Shown here in pieces: positions 12,001-24,000 of a DNA stretch of 46,126 nt. The position numbers and the translations under genes were made by a program. Under the pieces are notes generated by a model. The model was not told the DNA's origin. It searched no databases and saw only the letters and a list, made by a program, of their open reading frames with translations. The stretch's first letter is position 1, and every line of letters begins with the position of its first letter. The stretch spans positions 1-46,126 of the forward strand of contig CAZEBD010000001.1 of NCBI GenBank assembly GCA_964510625.1, written 5' to 3'. The stretch is from an uncultured Planctomycetales bacterium. GTDB lineage: Bacteria > Omnitrophota > Gorgyraeia > Gygaellales > Profunditerraquicolaceae.

Positions 12001-15000
12001 TTTGCGCCAGTGATAACCGCTGTCAGAGCGACTACAACAGCTACTGCGCCGGCGGCTACACCAGTTGTACCGCCAACCGTAAGAGCCGTAGAAACTGCTA
12101 TCGCTATGGCGGTAATTGCTAAAATCAAACCGATACTAGCCATTCCTGCATTACCGTTGGATGAATCGCCATTAGATGAGCCAAATCCTGAGCTACTATT
12201 ACCATTACTATTGCCAGTGGAACCGGTTGAACCGGTAGTACCAGTTATTCCGGTAGTGCTGGATGTTCCAGTTGTTCCATTTGAGCCAGTAGTACTGTTT
12301 GTGTCAGAGCTATCGCTTTTTCTATCCGCGCTCTGGGCTGCATTGTTATTAGAATCTCCCTTTATCGGAGCAGAATCCGTATCCTTATAACATTCTTCTG
12401 TAACCCGATTTTCTTTTTCACTTGCCTCAACTTTGTCATTAAAGCTCTCTGCTACTAAAGTTATAACCCCTGCTCCGGAAAAATTAAATTTGGCTACGTT
12501 AACGAGTCTCTTGCGATTAGCAATATTGCCGCCAAAAGCTGAAATAAACGTACCTTTCTTCCCTACCTTATACCCAAAAGGCATAACCGCATGAAAATTA
12601 CTATTCTCTAATTTCTCTACTATCTCGAATTTAACCTTCTGATCTATAAATTCATTAATCCTGCCGGGGGCGACTCTGGCTACAAATAAATGCTCCAATT
12701 GATTTTCATGGCTAGCGTTATATTGATCAACTAGGTCATTGTAAGCCTGTACTGCCACTCTTAACGTCCACATTCCTCCTGCAGCTTCAACTTCCCTTCT
12801 CTTTGCTTCCAATCTTTCTCTTATAGGCATAGGCGCAATAGTCGTAAAGCAGTTCTCGCCATTCATCCATTCAAAATTCTTTTTATTAATTCCTACCGAT
12901 TCTTCTGCTGTTTCTATAGCTTCTCCTGATTTTTCTATAGCTTCTCCTGATTTTTCTATAGCTTCTCTTGCTATTGCAATGGCTTTCTGAGCCATTATAA
13001 AAACTTCAGCCTGGTTTTGTGCGTCTAACCAGGTAAAATAAGCATCTACCTCATCCTTATTTAATTTTCTAGTCTGGATCCCAGCTTCCAATATCTTACT
13101 GCCGTCATATTTTTTACCATCAAATATAATTTTTAAAGCAGCATTAACAATATCCATATCTCCGCCCACTCTATAAACTACCCCAACCGCGGCGCGAATC
13201 TTGTTTTGAGCCGCCAACCAATCACTTATCTCTTCTACAGCTTCTTGGGTATAATCTTCAAGGTTACCCTTCTTACCATTCTCTTCCCATAATTCAGTCT
13301 TTTTGGCTTGAATTACGTCTATAAGTTTTATAAATTCAGCCTGAGTAAGCTCAATTTTACGATGTTCATTCCAACGATCAATACTCTCTCTTTTAGCTTG
13401 GGCCACTGTTAATTCTTCTAACGCAGCAGCAACTTCTTTAACTAATTCACTCTCTTCTACTATTGGTTTGACTGCTACAGAATCTTTAACTCTATCGGAA
13501 CCAGCTAATTTCTGTGTAATTTTGCCAAAACGATTTAGACTGCCGTCTTTCTTATGAGAAGCATGATTGAATAGGAGAGTCTTAAGATAGGATGATGCTT
13601 TGCTAAAGTCATTGGAGAAGCCATACGCACGAATAGAACCTCGGTTTTCGGCATTTTCTGCCTCACCTTTGGTTCTAGATAGATATCTTGCAGCTATCAT
13701 TACAGCTGCCTTGATGCTTGCTACAAACCCGTTTGTACTTGTACTTACTACTAATACTTCTGCGCCTGTTTTGCTGTCTGCCTCGGCGCTTGCACTTCTA
13801 GAACCTGTGATTCTGCTGATTATTCTGGCAATCTTATTACCTATACTATTGCCTAGGATAACCCTGGAATCATTGATGCTTACGCCCTCTACGGACGTAT
13901 TACCTACATTACTAGACGCACCTTCTGCATCCTGCCCTTCTACTCCATTTCTGGAGTTTGCACTCTGGGCACCTAACAGTTTTCCAACTAATTCAACTGT
14001 GCTTCTTACTGCATTTGCTACACTGCTTGATACAATTACAACTAATGCACCTACATTGCCTCTCGATTTTGATGCACCAAGCACCTTTGAGAGAAAGGCT
14101 TTGGCGAGGGCTACGGGCGGGGCCAAACCACTTAGAATACGACCATAACCTTCTGTAATTTGCGTAGAAATAGTATGTATAAAGCTACTTCTTGCCATAG
14201 CTTCTTGCTGGCTAGTCTGGCCGCCCAGAACTGCACCCACCTCTAACCCCGTGCTACTGGCGCTCACACTAGGCGCATTAGGCACGGTTTGCCCTGGAAC
14301 TGCCGGAATAGCTGGAGAAGTTCTCTCTGCGGGCGTCTGTTGCTCAGGGGAAGATTGCTTATTATTCCTATATTTATTAAATAGCCACTTTATAACCAAA
14401 CCACCGCCAACCAACCCTACGCCAACGGCCAGGCCAATCAACCCCTTAACACCGCCAGCACCAGAACCATAAATAATAGGTAGCGCTGCTCCAGTGACCC
14501 CTACTGCAAAGACAGTTAATGCTGTCTCAATTCTGGTAAATCCTGTGTTATTTGGCTGTTCTGGCAAGTCTTTAATAACACTACTCGTTGTCTCCGCTGG
14601 CAACTGTCTAGAAGGCTGATTGGTTAGTTGATCTAAGCTATCTATTCCTAACAATTCAGCGATCTTATTCTTTTGATCTGCATCGAAGGAGCTTAACGCT
14701 CCGGATTCTGCCAATCTTTGGACTAATTTTACTTTCGCTCTATCGGTAAGAAAACGAAGCGGAACTTTATTATGCGTGCTTGTTTCTCCGAAGGCTTCAA
14801 GTTTAACTCCATTTTCAGTCAATGCCCATGAATCAAACTCAAGCACAATGCCATCAGAGAATTTATTAGCGAAGACAGGAGTAAACATTCTTGTAAAAAG
14901 CGTTACTGCATCTCCATTACCATCTGGTGAATAAAGGTTGCCATTTGAATCAAATAGCATTTGCAAAACATGTTCTATGCTAGTACCGTGATAAATATAC

Positions 15001-18000
15001 CTATACGTATCAAACGGAGCTGATATACCTTGGTTAGAACCAGTTGCTTGAGAGACTTGACCATAATATTTGGTTGCAAGATTTTCACCCGGTTGGGCTG
15101 CTTGTGGCTGAACAGTGGACTCTACGGCAACGACCGTAGACTCAGTATCAACTGCCGGAGCAGTTGTTGCCGACGGAATTTCATTTGGTTTTGCGCCTAC
15201 CGGTTTATCATCTGTTTCACCGGCTGCTTTTTTAGCATCTAACACCCCTTTTGCAATTGCTGTTATTAACTTATCTTGGAGCACACTTTTTGCCTCAGCA
15301 TCAATATAGCTAATCAACTCTTTTTTCTTAACATCAGGCAAATCTGAATTATTTACATCTTCTGTCAAAGTATTACTAAATTTAGCAATATCATCTGCAT
15401 CCATAGAAGTAGTTATTCTATCAACCCATCCTTTAATCGATGCGGTAAATCTGTCAACATGAGTCTTAAATTTAAGGAACTCATTCTCTGAAGACAAAAG
15501 GCTATTGAAAGGAATGCTATCATTTTCAGCAATTACGCTCGTTTCCCCTAATCTTACTGCCCTGTCTTTAACAACTTCAAACGAAGGAGCGAAAGGATCA
15601 ACAAGTTTAATAACGCTATCAGCAAGCTCTGCATTGTTACCTAAATCCGATAAAGTGATCTTCTGCTTTTTATCTATCTTGGCAACAATTCCCTTTATTA
15701 AAACCGCTAATTCTGAGTCGGACTTAGCAAGCAGCTTGTTTATTATTCTTAGAACTTCATATTTTTTGGCTACAGCTGGGAGCAAATTACTGATATTAAA
15801 TTCTTTTAATTCCTTTGCACTGAAGCCTAAATTATCGATTGTTTGCCATAAAGCCTTAGCTTTTTGGAAATCTAACAGTTTCAAATTAGGCTTGCTCAAT
15901 GCTAATTTGAGCAGGAAATATTCGACTTCTTCTAATAAACTTCCCCCTGATTCTTTGCCGACTCTAACTAAAATATTTCCCGTCACTTTATCTAACTCAT
16001 TAAAATCAAGCTTTGCGATATTTTTAAGGTCACCTTGCGCTAAATTAAGCCTGTTATTCGAAACAAACATTATATAACTACCTAATAATAGAGATTTTCT
16101 ATTATTAAGCGCTGTTTTAACTGCATTTATAGAACTCAAAAACCAATTAGGGCTAATCATATCTTCTGCAAACTGAGTCGGATTCAATAAGAAAGCTTGA
16201 GATAAATAATTATCTTTCTTGAGCTTTTCCCGAGCGTCTTTATCCATAAGGATGTACGCAGTATTTACGGTAAGCATATCGCTATAATTAAGTGCTGGAT
16301 TGAGTGCGCCAACAAAAATATCCGCTAATCTTTGTTTTTCATCATAAGAATAGTCAGCGAAATCAGGGCTGGCGAACACTCGATTATTTATTAATTCTGC
16401 AACAGCTTGGGTTGATTCTGGAGTATTTAAGGTAAGATAACTGACTGAATTTGCTACATTAGCAAGAGCCGGTACGTACTTAGCGACTAAAGAAAGTGCT
16501 TCTGGCGAACCACGTGTACCATTTTCCGATAAAACCATGTCTAATGCTTTATAAACCTCGTCCTTTTGGCTGCGTGTCAACGGTCTTTCCCCTGCGCGGG
16601 TTCTAGCAAAAGAAATACTATTAACAATAGCCACGGCTTTTTGATTTTTAGCTGCACTTTTACCCATTTCATCAGGAAGTATCTTTTCCTGAAAACGGCT
16701 ATGTTTTGCAACGCCAGCTATTTCAACAAGATTAGTTGCTTCTCGAATAGATATATCCCTGCGGGCTCTAATTGCTGCATAATCCGCCTGGTTAACTAAC
16801 CTTCTGGATATATCCCTTATGACTGCAGCCTGACTAGTAACATTATTGCCAAAATCACCTTTTGCTATTCTACCAAAGACTGCTTCGGCTTGGCTAGCAA
16901 CCTTTTGCAGACTTTCCCTTATTAATTCATTTGTATCCCGAGAAACACCTAAACTTAAATCTATATCCCCTTCTTTTATATTTAATACTTCATGCAATAT
17001 ATCCTCTAGCTTAACCTGTCTTTCGCCTTTAGTATTAGAAATCATGAGTTTCAACGGCTCAATTAAACCTTTAGAATATGCCGCTTCTCTAATATGATGC
17101 ACCAGGGCATCGGAAATCTCTTCTGCTTGCAATATATCTGCATTTCTCCTTAGATTTAATTCACTTGCCTTCTTACCATAAACTCCACTTTCGGTTATCT
17201 TATTATATAATTCCGATCTTTCTGGGCTTGCAACATTATCTCTTAACAAATCCTTCTGGTAAAATACGGATTTTTTGCTTGTTTCTCCTTGATTCCTAGC
17301 AGTCCGGCCTAAAGCTTGCAATAATTCTGAAGTGCTTAAGTTATGCGCATCCACCAGAATTAAATCATTATTCCCCTTATAATCTATACCGGTTGCTCCT
17401 TTTATATTAGAAAGCACAACCTTACCTTCCATGGAATTAGCGATTTTCCCCACTTCATGTTCTAAAGTAAAATTATCGATTACTTCCAAATCCTTGCCTA
17501 ATTCTAGTTTTAAATCTTTCAGGACATTATATACCGCTTCGAACTGACCGGCATCTTTAGCAATGATTAATAATCCCTTCGGACCTCTCTTGCTTACAGC
17601 CTGGATAATTGCCTTTTTAATCTCCCCTTCTGTTTTAGCTTCTGTAACATCAGCTTTATACTCTGTTTGTGTTACCTCTGTTATTCCCCGGCCTAAATGC
17701 AAAGCATGCATCAACTCTACTTCCCGTAAAGTACCTGAAGCACCAGCGATAGACGCGCCTTTATTAAATAAACTTAAAACACCGGCTACTGTTCCTTGGG
17801 ACGATGTCTCGCTATAAACTAATTTTTCTCTGGCAATGGTTTTACCTTCTGCTATAAACCTATTATATAAAGCAGCTATAAATTTAACGTCACTAAAAAC
17901 CCGGTTTAGCTCAACGTTACCGTTTTCTACCGGCTTTATTTCACCATTCTGAACAGCAACGGTTGAGCCATCGGCAAAGAAAGCATCAAAATATGCCTTA

Positions 18001-21000
18001 ATAAATAGTTTTGCTTCTGCATCGGTTTTCAGACCTAACGCAGTCTTTATTTTCTCAACAGCCAAATCATGCGCTTTCTGGTTAAGACGATATTCTCCTT
18101 TATCACGATATACATATGCCCCTGGACCTTTTGCTTCTTCAATCTTATTAGTTACCTTTATTTCTATTCCCTCAGAAGATTGCTCACGGGCTACCCCGGA
18201 ATTCTGCATTATAGGATCCAACGCCTCTTGCACCTTAGCGGTATTTGCGATTACTGCTTCATCAACTATCTTCTGAGTATCAGCAGTGATATAAGTAACC
18301 TTGCTTGAGAAAGGCAGGTGGAACTCATCAAATCTTACTGTATTCTGCCTCATTAATGCTTCTCGCAAGGAAGCGTCTTTAGTCAAACTTAAGAATCCCA
18401 AAGTAGTTTGATCAAGTATAGTAATCTTACTGGGATTAATCAAAGTATCTATCAACTTTGCAGTACTTCTATTCCCTTCGTTATAATAAGAAGATCCATT
18501 GATTAATTCATAGCCAAAAAGACTTGCCAATTCTTTAAAATCTATGGCACCCTTCCCACCAATTGTCATCTGCGCTTCGCCTGGCTTAACAACCCAAAGT
18601 TGATTCAATCGCACACCAGCAGTTCTTTCGCTAAGTACGCCTCTTATTATGAGCTCGGCCAGGAAACCCAATGTCTTACCTCCAGATGTCTTCTGAGCGA
18701 CGCTATTTTCTTTAAGTAAACCGGCAATCATTCCTAATTGTTCATTCGATCTACCTAAGTCAATTTTACCTTTGGTATCCTTCTTAACTTGTTCAAAAAT
18801 AACTCTGGCAACCAAACCGAATATTTTATCTATTTTTTCTGTCTTGCCAATACCGCTTTTGGTTATTTCTTCTAATTTTCTCTGGATAGAATCTTTATTA
18901 AGATCCACTCTGGCATTAAAACCTTCGGCAATATATTGATCAGACCTGTCTTTTGCCATAAATACTAAATCTTTTCCGTTCTCAGCAAGGATTATTCTTC
19001 CTCCCTCAAGCCTATCGGATAAATTTTCAAAACTCTTATCGATTGCCCGAAGAACAGGAGCAACTGCCAGCTCAGGGTATAACGCCGTAGCTACTTGGCT
19101 GCCTAATTTCATCTTACTAAATAATCCTGTTTTTAGATTAGTTTGCCCATTCAATTCTCTCAGGCTGCTTGTTTCTAATGTCTTTATTTGTGCGTCAATG
19201 CTTCTTAATTTCTTCTCAATGCTACGGAGCACCCGTTCCCGGAGTATCTTATCTCTTCCAGGATCGTCAGACAATTTCGCTTTGTTCATAAAATAATCCC
19301 TGCTATCTAATAATCTGCTTTTAGTTTGAGCAGCTGCATCTATTTCTTCTCTAGTTTCTTTCAATATATTCGTTAATCTTTCGATATCAGGTGTAGAAAC
19401 TTTATCTAAGCCCCTTCTAAACGCATCAAGCAAATAAAGCTTTACATTGTCTTTGACTATCTTTTCATTAACCAAACCATTCTTAATATCCTTTTCAAGT
19501 AATTTACTCGCGCTTCTTAATACACCATCCTCTAATTTTATATCTGCAGATTTAACTAATGCTTCCAATAAATCGGGCTTAACTAATTCAAGATTTAATC
19601 TCTGCAATGATTCATACATTGCTCTGCCCAACGAAGATACACTTGCTAAAGATGACCCATTCAAATAAGCATTCTCATAAACTAACTGCTTATTCAAGAA
19701 ATCGGCCTCTATTTTAGTCAATCCCTCTCGTTCGACCTGCCCCTTAAGAGCACTAATACGCTCTATCCGATTGGCGTAATCCCTTTTCAACTCTGCTCCA
19801 ATCCTTTTATTCAAACTACTAATCTTTACCAATCCTTCTTCATATTGCCCTTGGGTTCTAAATAATTCTAATCTTTCTTGGGCTGCTCGTAGTCTAAGAG
19901 AATCGTTTAAAGTCACCCTTAACATAGTTTCTTGTCCAGAAGGCAAAACAATTGTGATATTTCTTTCTTTGCTTTCTAAACTTCTGCTGTTTATCATTGT
20001 TTCTGCTTGGGCCTTATCTGCAATATGCACTCCTTGGCCTATCTGATCGGTTAATACTCGAGTAATTTCGGAGGCGACTTGTTTATCACCTTTTGTCAAA
20101 GCATTACTTATACTCCCGAATTCTTTAACTACAGAGGACAATTTTTCATAGTTTTTAAATGCTTCAAAAGAAGTAAATTTGCCTCTATCATTAGTAAATC
20201 CTTTAGTTAATAACTGGAGATCCTTGTCAGGAGTGAAATTTGACATTCTTAAGAAAGGAATCCATTTGGCAACTTCTTTTATACCAGTGGACATATACCC
20301 TTGTCGGCTATATTGCCCCGGGGCGATCTCATCATATATAGGAGTAGCTTTGGTAGCTTTTAATAATTGGTCATCAATTATATCTATAACGGTATCAATA
20401 CCGGTAACTATACCAGGCATAGTTATTAAGTTTGAATCTGCCCACTGCATCCCCTCTATGACTTTATTGAGTACTTTTGCCGTTTTTGGATAGGCGCTTG
20501 CTAATCTTGAGAATTTGGGTGAACCATTTGCACCCTCTAAAACACTCTGTCTAAACTTAGCAGAAGCGTTTGAAACTGCATCTTTAAAGGTAATTTTCGC
20601 ATCTCCTGCTTCGACTTTAGTAGCTAATTTTTCACCTATTCTTAATTCCTTTATAACACTGGCCGGGCGTCTGAATAAAGTATTTATGAATTTTTCCCCT
20701 ACCCCCCCTACTGTACCCAAATTAGCAGTTGACGTCCGAACCTGGGCTACCTCTATCATCGGCTTCATCCATAAACCAGAACGAGGCCCTTCAATCCCAC
20801 TGATAAGAATATCTTTGGGGGTAACAGAGTTAAGCACTAATTTCATCTCTCCGTTTTCCTTTACATAATAACCTTTTGTAAGAAACCAGGAATTTAAACC
20901 CGAGCTATTTACCAGTTTCTGCGATTCTGCTGACAATCCACTGCCATAATAACCGGCCTTAGCCTTAACTCCTTCCCAGAATCCCTGACCAACAGTGAAA

Positions 21001-24000
21001 GCCGGAGAAACCAACATCCAGTCAAGCGCTCCGGCTAAAGCTCGGTTATAAAGAAGCTCGGCACCGCTTAGTGAATTTCCAAATTTATTAAATTTAACTG
21101 TTTTAAAAAGTGCCGTAGCCTGCTCTGATCCACCTACGCTATACTCACTAAGATTTTTAGCAAGATTTGCTTTACCTAAATATAATGCCGTCATACCGCC
21201 TAAAGCAAAACTACCTGCAGAATCTAAACCAAACTTTGTATAGCTAAAGCCATCTGCCTTATTCCAATAAGCTCCGTCTTGGCCGCGCAAATAATTAATG
21301 CCGGTTTTCAGTAAATCTACTCCCGGAAGTGCCGCAAATGTAACCCCACCACCATAACTAAATTTAGCTAACCCCCAACCGACTTTACTAAGATTACTCA
21401 ATCCTCCGGTACTCTTACTTAATATTCCCGAAGCATAACCACCATGCAGCCCTAACCCAATAATTCCTCCTCTGGCATAATTAGTCCAATCGCTATAATT
21501 AGCTCCGAACTTGCTTAGATCACCCTCTAAAATGGTTTTAGCTCCAGGAAAAACTACCGCACCACCCAAAGTAGAAAGACCAAGCTTAGCCCAAGATGAA
21601 GTAAGCCAGGATGAAGTGGCAACGCGGGATAAACTAGAAGCAACTGCCCCAGCACCACCAAAAATACCACCAGCCATTGCACCATAAACTAAACCTTTAT
21701 TATAAACTCCCCAAATCGAACTCGGTGTTAATTGCTGGCCAGATTTGAATCCTTTAACAGCATCGCTTACTAAGCCTGTAGCAAGGTATACTTCACCACC
21801 TAAGGCCGCCTGAGATATAACCGCACGGCTTAAATTTGAAAAACCTGCCGCCTCCCCCCACCTCGCAAAATTAGATGCAGAACCAGAAAGAAATCCGGTA
21901 GCGAATAACGTAATATTAGAATTGACATTTGTCAGCGGCTTACCATTCATCGCAAAACTTGTGGCTTGCCCCAATGCTACGTTGCCCAGGCCAAGAGTAA
22001 CACCTCTTTTTAAAGCTTGTGTAAAAGCCTGTCTCGCTGCCGCTGCTTCAGCTAACGCAGCAGTTGAACCTGAAGCTGCTGCAGTTGCGCCTCCCCGAAT
22101 AGCCTGCCCAATAACTGATCCACCTAATTTTAAGAATGAACCTGCGGCTCCAGCAAAATACATATCAAGGCCGCTGAGCGCGATATCACGAGCTAAATCC
22201 CAACCACCGTAACCGACAGGCAATGAAGAATAAGCTTCCGCAACCAAATGGTAAGGATCTGCTCCCCCTTTCATATCCTTTTCTAGAGTACGAGCATATG
22301 CATACTGCATCACATGCACCATCGGCATATTTTCTAACATAGGCAATGGAGTGGAATTTAAATCTTCCGCATATTCTTCTGCTGTTCTAAAGCTTGATTC
22401 AACCTTTGGAACCAAAACGGTATTATACTTATCCAATCTCGTATTAAAATCGCCCTGGATTACCTGAATCGCTTCTCCGTATTTTGTTATAATATTATTC
22501 TCTGGTTGAGTAAGAAAAGAAAAAATGTCGGTTGCAGTTTTGCCATTACTAAGCCCAAGTCCTTCACCTGCTTTCATCGATCTTGAAAGATCCCAATCAC
22601 TGCCAATGCTATCTATCCATCTGCGTTCTACATCCAACATAAACCCTGTCGCCGCAGCTTCTTTAGCTAAACTGTTATAATCATCCATGGCCCGTTGAGC
22701 CTTGCCCTTAGTCTCATACATTCTATCCATACTAAAAGTCCTGCTGAACCAATCCTTAGTTTTTTCCCACCTGCTTTGTTCATGGGAGCGTATTTCTGAA
22801 ACTCCGTCCCAAGCCGGTAATTGGTTAGCAGCAGATGTATTGGCTTTTAACTTCGCATCTAGTTCTTTCGCCTGAATATTAGCCTGGAGAAGATCGTTAG
22901 CATCGTTTATTTTGTCCTTATATAAAGATTGAAAACCTGCATAATAATTCAAAGAGTCGACTAGCTCTTTCTTTGTATAGCGGTCGTTTATCGCAGCAGA
23001 ACCGATTTGAAATTCTGGATGGATCTGATTTGTCCAAGAATTATTCTTATATGCGTAATCCATAAAATAGAGATGCTGGAAACTGTTCTCTCCAAACCCA
23101 TTACCAGTTCGATAGGTTTCAACGAAATCCCCTTGTTGCGACCCGATTAAAGACACATAAGAGTTACCTACGTAACTACTCCCTTTATCTAACCAAGCCA
23201 ACCCATTACTAACACCTTGGCTATAACCACTCTGATAAGCGTTAAATACATATTTATTTAAGTTCATATTATATTCTAAAAATCTTTGACCTTGAGTATT
23301 AGTCATAGAAAACAATTTAAGCTCGGTCTTACCATTAGCCAAAGGATTGCCCGCAGAATCTAAAACAGGCAACTGTTGATATGAAGCATTACCATATTTA
23401 GGTAACACTTGAGTCATCAAATCCTGGATCCTGATATTTTCTTTTCCTGCCCGAATATTGATTGACTTAATGCCGCTACTCGGATTACCTGCTTTATTAA
23501 AAACAACCTCTCTATATCTGTCATAACCAGTGGTATTGAAATTATCAGCGACTACTTGACGATGCGAGAACAGATAAGTTTTGTTGACGCCACCAATCAT
23601 CCCGCCATAGCCGGCAAGGACTTTATCCTGACTGAATACCCAATCTCTACCGACTACATAATCTTTACCCGGCGCAGCGTTCGAAGGACGATAAAGATTT
23701 TCGTAAAAACGATTATGCGCTTGATTAAAGGCTCCTTGTATAGGAGATAGCAGATCTGCTTCCCATCCGGTAAAAGGCTTCCAACCTGCCGCGGGGGCGT
23801 TACTAGCGCCATTGCCGTACGTAGACGTCGAATCCAAAGCTATAGGATCCCCAAAAAATATACCTGCCTTGGCTTCAGTTATATTGCCGCGTAATTGCAT
23901 AAAACGCGTGTAATTCACCTGCATAGTAAGATTATCAATTTTAGTTTCTAAATGTATCGGGGCCGTACCATCAAAACCAGCTAATGACCAAGTCCGGCCT

